In this document: piece after piece, positions 1 to 7,921 of the stretch | Numbering within the stretch: the stretch's first letter is position 1 | Layout of the letters: every line of letters starts with the position of its first letter | NCBI RefSeq assembly: GCF_000829315.1 | Contig: NZ_AP013028.1 | Span: 660,001 to 692,000, forward strand | Direction: 5' to 3' | Source of the DNA: Wolbachia endosymbiont of Cimex lectularius | GTDB lineage: Bacteria; Pseudomonadota; Alphaproteobacteria; Rickettsiales; Anaplasmataceae | DNA length: 32,000 nt | Made by a program: the position numbers and the translations under genes | The notes under the pieces: model-generated | The model's database searches: none | What the model saw: the letters and a program-made list of their open reading frames with translations, nothing else | What the model was told of the DNA's origin: nothing

Positions 1-267
1 TATGTTGATGAAGAAGGTAACTACGCCAACTTGCAGTTTCCTTGCAATCCAAACGGATCTACGTACGATCTGGCAGCCTTATCAGATAAAAGTGGTAGAG
101 TACTGGCTTTAATGCCTCATCCGGAGAGAGGGATATTTTTCACTCAGCAGGACAACTGGCCGCTTGAAAAGGAGAAAAGCAAGCGCTTAGATGCCGCTAT
201 GCCAAAATATGGCGATGGAATGCTTATATTTGAAAATGCACTGAAATATTTTGCACAGGCGTTGTAA
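1..267 (+). CDS. 3' end of FGAM synthase glutamine-amidotransferase component (PurQ-like / PurL C-terminal domain); 5' end lies outside the window
   Basis: Frame 1 is open from base 1. The tail contains NPNGS...GRVLALMPHPER, the conserved His/Glu catalytic region of FGAM-synthase type-1 glutaminases. Confidence 0.6.
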   Translation, partial: YVDEEGNYANLQFPCNPNGSTYDLAALSDKSGRVLALMPHPERGIFFTQQDNWPLEKEKSKRLDAAMPKYGDGMLIFENALKYFAQAL

Positions 268-304
268 CACGACACAATGTTACATAGTAAACGGTGTTAC
301 CCAA

Positions 305-615
305 CAGAAACAAAAAAACTACTTGACAACCTTCGCCAGTCCCCTTACAATAGAATTGTGGGTGTTTTAAGCCTAAAATTTATCTTTAATCTTTGTATTA
401 AGTGACAAAAGCACAGTATAAAACAAGGCGTGTTATGTTTAATTTTTGCAGCATGGACATTGCATGTCTTTATAATTTTTTGTCTACATTAGCTGGACCT
501 CGCTTATTAAGCGGTGTAAGAGAGAACCGGACGCCAAGTTTTTGAGAGAACAGTAAACAACTCACATTGCGGGGTTTCTTTTGTCTTTTTTCAAAATTCG
601 TTAAAAATTTAACTA
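305..615 (+). repeat. E-repeat copy 1 (full-length form of a promoter-bearing dispersed intergenic repeat)
   Basis: A-tract, then TTGACA (323-328), 17 nt, TACAAT (346-351). The body has a CGCTT-ATTA-AGCG hairpin and a GACGCCAAG box. The tail is GCGGGGTTTCTTTTGTCTTTTTTC. The same module order recurs at six other loci in the window. Confidence 0.7.
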
Positions 616-630
616 ATCTCATTTTTTTTA

Positions 631-803
631 CAAAAAAATTGCTTGACAAGTTTTGACGTTTCCCTTATCATGAAATTATGGGTATTTACAACCCCAAGGT
701 CAGCTACTTGTCAAGCGTATAGAACATTAACGCCAAGTTATTAAAATAGATATTGACCGGGGCTTCTTTTGCTTTTTTTTCGTGTAGTTTAGGTTATGCA
801 ACG
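631..803 (+). repeat. E-repeat copy 2 (short form), in tandem with copy 1
   Basis: A-tract, then TTGACA (643-648), 17 nt, TATCAT (666-671). An ACGCCAAG box is followed by the tail CCGGGGCTTCTTTTGCTTTTTTTTC and the end module TAGTTTAGGTTATGCAAC, which is also seen at 10631-10650 and 19646-19660. Confidence 0.65.
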
Positions 804-882
804 TGTCTACTCTCTAGTTTCACTATGAAACAATTGAATTGACTTTATATGAACAATCAGTATAACTTAGTTAACTTGTATC

Positions 883-954
883 GACTCTTTCGTCTAGTGG
901 TTAGGACACCACCCTTTCACGGTGGTAACACGGGTTCAAATCCCGTAAGAGTCA
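883..954 (+). tRNA. tRNA-Glu (anticodon TTC)
   Basis: Hand-folded 72-nt cloverleaf. The acceptor is GACTCTT/AAGAGTC, the D arm is GTCT-AGTGGTTA-GGAC, the anticodon arm is CCACC-CTTTCAC-GGTGG and the T arm is ACGGG-TTCAAAT-CCCGT. CCA is not encoded. Confidence 0.9.
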
Positions 955-1414
955 CTCGTCATGTTTTATGGATCTCTCTTATAATGATTTTAGCATGGCA
1001 TAAATCCGCCACAATAGCCTGTTTTGCCACCCATAGAACCTTTTGCTTCTAATTGTTTACCTAAAGTTTACCATTTTCTTTCCATAATCTGTTAATTTTT
1101 TTAAAAAAGTGGGTACTTTTTTGCTATTTTGAGAAAAGTAAATAAACGCATTTGTTGTGACGCTAAAGACGACCTGTTTTTGCATGAACATGGTTGATCT
1201 AGTTAAGATCTAACTCAATATTAAAGAAGCGTAAAGTAGTACACCACACCTGCAGCACACTACCCGCATTTTTACTTTTTCACATTCAGCCTTAATAATT
1301 AGCGACGCCATGAAGCCTGCAAGTAACTAGTTTGTGATCTGCCATTATCACTATTGTCAGAGTTGCCAGCTTGTGACCTGCGCAACTGTCTACGCGATGT
1401 TACCCGTACTTCCC

Positions 1415-2344
1415 TTAACCTGCTCTTAGATCTAACTGATCACTATTGTCAGCTCGTGATCTGCTAATATCACTATCGTCAGAGTCGTTAGAACGTGAAA
1501 ATCTCGGTAACCTATTAGACGATATTGACTGCACTTCACTTAACTCGCTGCTTAGATCTGACTGATCGCTATCGCTACCAGAGTTTGACAGGCTCGATGA
1601 GCTCTCTTCCATTTCTCTATTACGCCTTTTTTCTAATGAGATAAGGATATATACTTCTACACCTTTGTCATCAATTCTGTTCCATCTTAAATCAAGTGAA
1701 GTAAGCCGTGAAAGATTACCATTAGCTAAAGCCTCTGCACCTTTTTTACTAATATTATTACCCATAAGATCAAGTTCAGTGAGACGTATAAGATTACCGT
1801 TAGCTAAGGCTTCTACACCTTTATTACCAATACGGTTGTTATTTAAATTAAGTGAAGTAAGACGTGCAAGATTGCTATCAGCTAAAGCCTCTGCACCCTT
1901 TTCACCAATATCATTACTCGATAAATTAAGCTCAGTAAGCCGTGAAAGATTACCATTAGCTAGAGCCTCTGCACCTTTATCACCAATTTCGTTGAAACGT
2001 AAGTCAAGTTTAGTAAGACGTGTGAGATTACCATTAGCTAGAGCCTCTACACTTTTGTACCTAATATGGTTGCATTTTAAATTAAGCTCAGCAAGATGTA
2101 CAAGATTGCCATTAGCTAACGCCTCTACTCCTTTTTCTCCAATATTATTATTCTGTAAATCAAGTGAAGTAAGATGTGTAAGCTTAGCCAATTCTCTCGC
2201 GTCTTCATTATTAATGCTTGCTATTTTTAAAGTAAGTTTTGTAATATATGTGTTACTTCGTAAAAAGCCTACTAGCTCTTTTACATTAACTCTAGTCCAT
2301 GATATTTCTAAAGCGTTACCTTTGACATATTGGTTAAAATCCAC
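1415..2344 (-). CDS. leucine-rich-repeat protein (about 6.5 units of 26 residues, NxIGxKGxEALANGNLxRLT signature) with a Ser/Asp-rich acidic C-terminal tail; eukaryote-like candidate effector
   Basis: 309-aa ORF with a clear 78-bp DNA periodicity. The repeat signature resembles ribonuclease-inhibitor-type LRRs. The tail is SSSSLSNSGSDSDQSD...DSDDSDISRSRADNSDQ. Confidence 0.8.
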   Translation of the reverse strand: MDFNQYVKGNALEISWTRVNVKELVGFLRSNTYITKLTLKIASINNEDARELAKLTHLTSLDLQNNNIGEKGVEALANGNLVHLAELNLKCNHIRYKSVEALANGNLTRLTKLDLRFNEIGDKGAEALANGNLSRLTELNLSSNDIGEKGAEALADSNLARLTSLNLNNNRIGNKGVEALANGNLIRLTELDLMGNNISKKGAEALANGNLSRLTSLDLRWNRIDDKGVEVYILISLEKRRNREMEESSSSLSNSGSDSDQSDLSSELSEVQSISSNRLPRFSRSNDSDDSDISRSRADNSDQLDLRAG

Positions 2345-2512
2345 TTTACCCTCCGATTAATATATTATGGGAATACCTTATATGGCATTTTAGTAACTGT
2401 CAACCACTTTATATAATGCTAGAAATTATATAAGATTTATATGTAAAAAAGCTCACACACCTCTTTTCTCAGCAGCTTTTTCTGTTGAGCTGTAGGACTT
2501 CTCAGAACCTGT

Positions 2513-2977
2513 TTAAAATCTTCGTAACAGGAGAGAAATGAAGGAGAGGACTATCATCTGTAAGCTAGTGTTGAGCTTCCGCTCGCAATTTTTCCACAAT
2601 CGCCTGCACTTTTCTAACCAGGCAAAAGAGCGTTCAACAACCCATCTTTTTGGCAATACGACGAAAGTGTGTAACTCACTTCGCTTTATTACTTCAACAG
2701 TCGCACCAATGATAGCTTTTATTTGTGTTGCAAAATTTTCTCCTGTGTAGCCAGCATCAACCAGTATGTTTTTAACTTCAGAGAGGTTTGCTTTAGCATT
2801 TTCGACCATTTTCACAGCACTGCTACGGTCAGTTGCTTCTGCCGTTGTTACATAAATTGCATGTGGCAAACCTTGTGTATCAACTGCAATATGGCGCTTT
2901 ATCCCTGAAATCTTTTTACCTGCATCATAGCCTTTTTTTTTCAGCAGTATCTGCGTTTTTAACGCTTTGAGAATCAA
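2513..2977 (-). CDS. IS transposase C-terminal DDE part (OrfB as called; its upstream portion is read in the wrong frame before the T9/A9 tract)
   Basis: GYDAGKKISGIKRHIAVDTQGLPHAIYVTTAEATDRS...VDAGYTG...RWVVERSFAWL is the IS5/IS427-type DDE core. Confidence 0.8.
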   Translation of the reverse strand: MILKALKTQILLKKKGYDAGKKISGIKRHIAVDTQGLPHAIYVTTAEATDRSSAVKMVENAKANLSEVKNILVDAGYTGENFATQIKAIIGATVEVIKRSELHTFVVLPKRWVVERSFAWLEKCRRLWKNCERKLNTSLQMIVLSFISLLLRRF

Positions 2978-2988
2978 TTATACAAAAG

Positions 2989-3309
2989 CTAGTTTTCTCT
3001 TTCCGACCATTGCTGATACGGACCTCTCCAACTAATTTTTTTTAAGACTAATTCCAACAAGCTTGGCTCTTCTCCATTCTTTTTACTCCACACTCGAAAA
3101 TAGTAATATACGCTTTCCCATCTTGGAAAACCCTTTGGTAACATCCTCCACTGACAACCACTTTTTAAGACGTACAACACCCCACAAAATACGTCATACA
3201 AATCAAGTTTTCTTGGTTTTGTTTTCTGCTTGCTACTCTCCAAAATTGGCCTGATTTTTTCAAACTGCTCTTGACTTATATTACTTGGATAACTTTTCTG
3301 CATAGACAC
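2989..3309 (-). CDS. IS transposase N-terminal ORF (OrfA, DNA-binding part)
   Basis: The 106-aa ORF is identical in all four complete IS copies. The pattern ...CGVLYVLKSGCQWRMLP... is typical of IS5-family N-termini. Confidence 0.85.
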   Translation of the reverse strand: MSMQKSYPSNISQEQFEKIRPILESSKQKTKPRKLDLYDVFCGVLYVLKSGCQWRMLPKGFPRWESVYYYFRVWSKKNGEEPSLLELVLKKISWRGPYQQWSEREN

Positions 3310-3365
3310 CTCATTATTAATCTATGCTTACTTTACCTCACATTTCCAAGATTTTAAACAGGTTC

Positions 3366-3565
3366 TAAGACGTACAACACCCCACAAAATACATCATACA
3401 AATCAAGTTTTCTTGGTTTTGTTTTCTGCTTGCTACTCTCCAAAATTGGCCTGATTTTTTCAAACTGCTCTTGACTTATATTACTTGGATAACTTTTCTG
3501 CATAGACACCTCATTATTAATCTATGCTTACTTTACCTCACATTTCCAAGATTTTAAACAGGTTC
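3366..3565 (-). mobile_element. 200-bp partial copy of the OrfA-proximal IS end, in direct tandem with 3166-3365
   Basis: 3366-3565 repeats 3166-3365 with one difference that I can see (3193 g versus 3393 a). The unit starts at an internal TAA. TCA at 3566-3568 matches TCA at 2502-2504. Confidence 0.85.
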
Positions 3566-3633
3566 TCAAGCTGTTTACTCATAATAGCGGTATTTTGGCT
3601 TTCCTGAAGTCTATCAATTTTAGATGGTCTGGT

Positions 3634-3858
3634 ACAACTGTACGAACATTGTGATTTGAGCTTACCACTAGGGTGTCATGCCAGTGTCAAGCACTGGCAT
3701 CCAGGAATTTTATTAAGTTGGTGAGTATAAAAGTAGCTGTTTTATGTTAAAATACGACGTTTTGATGATTAGGAAAGGCTGGATCCCAGTGTCGGAGCAC
3801 TGGGATGACACCGTCTGTTACGCGAATTACCTGCTAATTGCAATGTTCGTACAGTTGT
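3634..3858. mobile_element. MITE-like 225-bp palindromic element
   Basis: Perfect 18-bp terminal inverted repeats: ACAACTGTACGAACATTG (3634-3651) and CAATGTTCGTACAGTTGT (3841-3858). They are flanked by an identical 11-bp direct repeat GATGGTCTGGT (3623-3633 and 3859-3869). The interior carries two GC-rich hairpins (GCCAGTG-TCAA-GCACTGGC and CCCAGTG-TCGGA-GCACTGGG) and no ORF. Confidence 0.6.
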
Positions 3859-4132
3859 GATGGTCTGGTTGGGATGTCTTCCTATAAAAATTTGGCTTAT
3901 CTTTTACATCTAAACAGCATTAACACGATTTGGCTTTTTGTAGATTTTCTAGGAATTATCCTATTGAATTCTATGATATTATTTTTTGTAACATTGTTAT
4001 AAACATCATGGTGAGGGGGGCTGGAGGAATTTACCAAGTGATTTTTCTATGCTACCTGGTGTTGCGCAACTGCTTTGCTTGCTTTGGCCATATATTTATA
4101 TAAAATTAAAACAAATCAGAACCATAAATTGG

Positions 4133-5452
4133 ATGTTAACAAGATTCGCTCCAAGCCCAACTGGCTATCTTCATGTAGGAAACGTCCGCACTACACTCAT
4201 TTGCTGGATGTACGTACGTAGTCAAAACGGAAAGTTTCTACTTCGTTTCGACGATACTGATCTCCAGCGTTCAGATGTTAAATACGTAGACAGCATCATA
4301 CAAGACTTGAAATGGGTCGGTATAGATTGGGATTCAAACTTTAAGCAATCAGAGCGTTTTGAGCGCTACAATGAGGTGTTTTTGCAGTTAATAAAAGAAG
4401 GACATATTTATGAGTGCTATGAAACAAGAGAAGAACTAGACATTAAACGCAAATTGCAACTAAAACAGGGCCTACCACCGGTATATGACAGGAGCGCATT
4501 ATTTCTCACTGAGCAAGAGAAAATTCATTATGAACAGGAAGGGCGAAGACCACATTTTAGATTTAAGTTGGATAGAAGCGAAGTTATTAACTGGAATGAT
4601 GAAGTTAAAGGTGAAATAAACATGGCAACAAGTCACATCAGTGATCCCATAGTAAAAAGAGAAGATGGAATTTACACATACATGTTACCTTCTGTTATTG
4701 ATGATATTGACTTTAATGTAACCCATGTTGTACGCGGGGAAGATCATGTAACTAATACCGCAGTGCAGATACAAATGATTCAAGCATTAAAAGCGAAAAT
4801 TCAGAAGTTTGCTCACCTTTCTCTGCTGCATTTTGATGATAGCAAAATATCAAAACGCAAAGGTGGATTGGATATCAAATCCATCAAAGAAGATGAAATT
4901 GAACCAATGGCACTAGCTAGTTATTTAGCAAAACTTGGAACTTCAGACCCTATCGAGGCTCATGTTAGCATTCAGTCTTTAATTGACTCATTTGATATTG
5001 AAAAATTTAGCTCAGCATCTGCGCAGTTTAGCTTAAGTGAAGTGTATAAGCTAAATAGCAAAGTCCTACAACAAATGTCATTTGCAATGGTGGAAGAGCG
5101 TCTAAATCAAATTGGAGTGAACTCCTCGGAGTTTTGGTATTTTATAAGAAGCAATATAGAAAGATTTTCTGAGGTAGCCAAGTGGTGGCAGATATGTAAG
5201 TTCAATATAGAACCTGTAATTCTCGATAAGGAATTTGCAAAAGTTGCTCTCAATGCATTGCCTCAAGGTGATTGTAATGAGAACACATTGTCAGAGTGGG
5301 TCAAAGCTATTCAACGGACAGTGGATATAAAGGCAAAAGACTTGTTTATGCAGCTACGTTTAGCCCTAACAGGGACAAAAACAGGTCCAGAACTCGCTAA
5401 ATTATTAATTTTTATCGGCAGAGAGAACATCATTACAAGGTTAAAGGAATAA
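4133..5452 (+). CDS. gltX: glutamate--tRNA ligase
   Basis: The N-terminus is [20 protein letters not shown] (HIGH-type motif HVGN), and a KISKRKG KMSKS-like motif follows later. I chose the ATG at 4133, not 4049, because homologues start right at the RFAPSPTG motif. Confidence 0.9.
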   Translation: MLTRFAPSPTGYLHVGNVRTTLICWMYVRSQNGKFLLRFDDTDLQRSDVKYVDSIIQDLKWVGIDWDSNFKQSERFERYNEVFLQLIKEGHIYECYETREELDIKRKLQLKQGLPPVYDRSALFLTEQEKIHYEQEGRRPHFRFKLDRSEVINWNDEVKGEINMATSHISDPIVKREDGIYTYMLPSVIDDIDFNVTHVVRGEDHVTNTAVQIQMIQALKAKIQKFAHLSLLHFDDSKISKRKGGLDIKSIKEDEIEPMALASYLAKLGTSDPIEAHVSIQSLIDSFDIEKFSSASAQFSLSEVYKLNSKVLQQMSFAMVEERLNQIGVNSSEFWYFIRSNIERFSEVAKWWQICKFNIEPVILDKEFAKVALNALPQGDCNENTLSEWVKAIQRTVDIKAKDLFMQLRLALTGTKTGPELAKLLIFIGRENIITRLKE

Positions 5453-5638
5453 GGTGGAACTTTTTCTGATACCAACCTCGTCATTGGGAAGGCAAATAGA
5501 GCGCATCATAGATTCGCTAAACCTCTAGGCAAAAGGCGATTTTTTTTAATTTGTCCATGGGGATTTAGTACCAGAAGGTTGTTTGAGTTATAAAGAGTAT
5601 AAGGTGAACTATTGTAGCGGGTTTTGTGAAATATTATA

Positions 5639-5714
5639 TGGTGGAGGCAAGCGGGGTCGAACCGCTGACCTTCTGCGTGCAAAACAGATGCTCTACCAAC
5701 TGAGCTATGCCCCC
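5639..5714 (-). tRNA. tRNA-Ala (anticodon TGC), CCA encoded
   Basis: 76-nt cloverleaf. The acceptor GGGGGCA/TGCCTCC has the G3:U70 alanine identity pair. The anticodon loop is TTTGCAC and the T loop is TTCGACC. Confidence 0.9.
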
Positions 5715-5821
5715 TAGGTAACTCTTACTTAAAGGATAAACTAACCCAGGCTGGAATACAAGAAATATTTATCTATTACATAATCTGCTTTCTGCCATAA
5801 TGCAAGAGATCTAATGTCACA

Positions 5822-6229
5822 TTAACTAGATCTTAAGTTAGTTAAAAAAAGATAGTCTTGATAAAATTTACTTGCGGCAAGCCTTTTTATATTCGGGCTA
5901 TCGGGTTGCTTTTTCTTATACCCTAATTTGTAGCTTATTGAATCCTTATACGAGCCGATCGTTTTGTATACCTTATCCATTTCCTTAGGATTAGCTATTG
6001 CGATACACAATCCTGCTACTACAGCAAAAGCTAAAGTAGTAAACACTAAAAAACTCTTTCCGCCAACTTTTTTTTCTTGTATACCCGTAGTGTGTAGCTC
6101 GTCTGATTCTTGTAAGTATTCATGCCATGTATGGTTGCAGTTTGTACACTTTACTTTCCTTCCAAGCTTGCCTATTTGCTCGGAGGATACTAAGTAAGTT
6201 TTAGTACAATTGTTGCATTGTATTTTCAC
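5822..6229 (-). CDS. zinc-ribbon (MJ0042-type CxxC...CxxC finger) membrane-anchored protein
   Basis: The N-terminus is MKIQCNNCTKTYLV...KVKCTNCNHTWH. One hydrophobic helix follows (FLVFTTLAFAVVAGLCIAIA). Confidence 0.6.
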   Translation of the reverse strand: MKIQCNNCTKTYLVSSEQIGKLGRKVKCTNCNHTWHEYLQESDELHTTGIQEKKVGGKSFLVFTTLAFAVVAGLCIAIANPKEMDKVYKTIGSYKDSISYKLGYKKKQPDSPNIKRLAASKFYQDYLFLTNLRSS

Positions 6230-6299
6230 AGCACTTACACATGAGTAGTAACAAGTTCAAGTTATACAAAACTATAAACTTATTGTCAATATATAATAA

Positions 6300-7130
6300 A
6301 TGGAATACCTGCAGCTAGAAAAAATACAAAGTGACGTGGAAGATATCTGGAAAAACAGGCATGAGCTTGGCGATCGGAGTGTAAAAAAAGCAGCAAAAGT
6401 GGTAATTAGAGAGGTAATTAAGCTCTTGGACAGTGGCAAAATTAGAGTGGCAGAAAAGCTGTCAGGTGGAAAGTGGGTAGTGCATACATGGATAAAGCAG
6501 GCAATATTATTACATTTTCTCACTGAAGAGAGCAAAATAATAGGCAATAACAATTGGTGGTGTGATAAAATCAACAATAAGTTTGATGGATGGAATGAAG
6601 AAAGGTTCTGCCAGTCAAAAATTAGAGCGGTTCCTGGGTGTTTTGTCCGTCAATCTGCCTACATAGGTACAAATGTTGTTCTGATGCCAAGTTTTGTTAA
6701 TGTTGGTGCTTATATTGATTCAGGCACAATGATAGATACTTGGTCAACGATTGGTAGCTGCGCACAAGTGGGGAAAAACTGCCATATTTCTGGAGGAGTG
6801 GGAATCGGAGGAGTTTTAGAACCTATTCAAGCTTCTCCAGTTATTATAGAGGATAATTGCTTCATTGGAGCGCGCAGCGAGATAGCCGAAGGTGTTATAA
6901 TAAGAGAAGGAGCGGTTTTAGGCATGGGAGTTTTTATTGGGGCATCAACAAAAATTATTGATAGAGAAACAAATAAAGTACTTTATGGCGAAGTGCCGCC
7001 TTATTCTGTGGTGGTATCAGGATCTATCCCATCTAAAAATAACATTTCAACCTATTGCGCAGTTATAATAAAAAAAGTGGATGAAAAGACAAGATCGAAA
7101 ACTTCTATAAATGAAATATTGAGAAATTAA
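6300..7130 (+). CDS. dapD: 2,3,4,5-tetrahydropyridine-2,6-dicarboxylate N-succinyltransferase
   Basis: 276 aa. Hexapeptide-repeat region ([40 protein letters not shown]) with a DapD-type N-terminal domain. Confidence 0.9.
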   Translation: MEYLQLEKIQSDVEDIWKNRHELGDRSVKKAAKVVIREVIKLLDSGKIRVAEKLSGGKWVVHTWIKQAILLHFLTEESKIIGNNNWWCDKINNKFDGWNEERFCQSKIRAVPGCFVRQSAYIGTNVVLMPSFVNVGAYIDSGTMIDTWSTIGSCAQVGKNCHISGGVGIGGVLEPIQASPVIIEDNCFIGARSEIAEGVIIREGAVLGMGVFIGASTKIIDRETNKVLYGEVPPYSVVVSGSIPSKNNISTYCAVIIKKVDEKTRSKTSINEILRN

Positions 7131-7175
7131 ACTGCTTCGCTAGATCTCCTGAATTATGGCAAGAATACAAGGGAT

Positions 7176-7457
7176 CTATTTCTTGTTGTCATTTTTTTTA
7201 TCATTACTAACTATAGTAATGGCATACGCACAAAGCTCTGGGAAAGAAACTCCATTTTCCTGAGACAATTTGTATAATTTCTGCAAGCTTTCTTTTACTT
7301 TACTTGGGATATTGCCTCCACGCTCTTTTACAAGCCAGGAATCTTGATGATGAATTGGATGAGTGTCGCTTTTTGGATTCCCTATGTATATTACAAAAGG
7401 CGAGTTTTGTCCCTTGAAATCACATTGTACAGTAAATTTTTTTATGGAATCAGCCAT
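7176..7457 (-). CDS. small conserved hypothetical protein (possibly DUF2610-like; family assignment from memory only)
   Basis: 93-aa ORF. Its ATG directly abuts the TAG stop of the upstream ORF. The coding strand has non-random composition. Confidence 0.5.
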   Translation of the reverse strand: MADSIKKFTVQCDFKGQNSPFVIYIGNPKSDTHPIHHQDSWLVKERGGNIPSKVKESLQKLYKLSQENGVSFPELCAYAITIVSNDKKNDNKK

Positions 7458-7841
7458 CTAAAGACCTCTACTTTTCTTTTTGGTTGGTTTTACAACAGGT
7501 GTAGAAGGTGGTTTCTTTATGAAATCTTGCCTGCTGATGACATTCTCTTTGCCTTCTAGAGCTCGAAGGACATCAGCTCTGCTCAATTGCGATTCTTTTG
7601 CTACCTTCATTCCATGCTTTGCCATAATATTAGCATACGCTAGCACTTTTTTTACCAATTCTAGATCACCATTTAACATTTGAACTAGAGCTTGAAATAC
7701 CTCTGCTAAAGTCAACCCATCAGCGCTTATAACCTTGTTTTCTACAAATTTAACAACCTCCTCAAATTTGTATTCAATGCCATCATTTTGATGTGTAAGG
7801 GCGGTATCTTGGTCGTCCATAGCTGAAGCACTATTATCCAT
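7458..7841 (-). CDS. hypothetical protein with a basic Pro/Lys-rich C-terminus
   Basis: 127-aa ORF, co-oriented and contiguous with 7176-7457. Confidence 0.5.
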   Translation of the reverse strand: MDNSASAMDDQDTALTHQNDGIEYKFEEVVKFVENKVISADGLTLAEVFQALVQMLNGDLELVKKVLAYANIMAKHGMKVAKESQLSRADVLRALEGKENVISRQDFIKKPPSTPVVKPTKKKSRGL

Positions 7842-7921
7842 AAGTTCTCAAGTTTATACTACACATATAAATATTCTAATACTTTATATCATGACATGCT
7901 ATAGTTAAACATTTATTAATA

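Larger units (their letters stand above)
2505..3365 (-). mobile_element. IS5-family insertion sequence copy 1 (ISWpi1-like, 861 bp)
   Basis: Terminal inverted repeats GAACCTGTTTAAAATCTT(C/G)G. It contains the OrfA and DDE-part ORFs, whose translations are identical to those of the other copies. TCA lies on the left flank (2502-2504). Confidence 0.9.

Noticed and set aside
849-1052. 67-aa ORF
   Set aside because: It overlaps the well-folded tRNA-Glu gene (883-954), so it is an ORF-caller artefact.
1665-2360. 231-aa plus-strand ORF
   Set aside because: It is antisense to the LRR gene. The periodic repeat keeps the opposite strand free of stops, and the product is a low-complexity Ser/Leu/Arg shadow with no independent support.
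2538-3254. Small ORFs antisense to the IS transposase, repeated in every IS copy
   Set aside because: They recur only because the IS is repeated. They lie antisense to the conserved transposase frames and have no transposase-like or regulatory motifs.
4049-4132. N-terminal extension of gltX (28 extra codons)
   Set aside because: Class I GluRS proteins begin right at the [12 protein letters not shown] motif. The ATG at 4133 gives that canonical N-terminus, and the extension overlaps a degenerate E-repeat promoter module.
6272-6577. 101-aa minus-strand ORF
   Set aside because: It is antisense to the 5' part of dapD and has no motifs.
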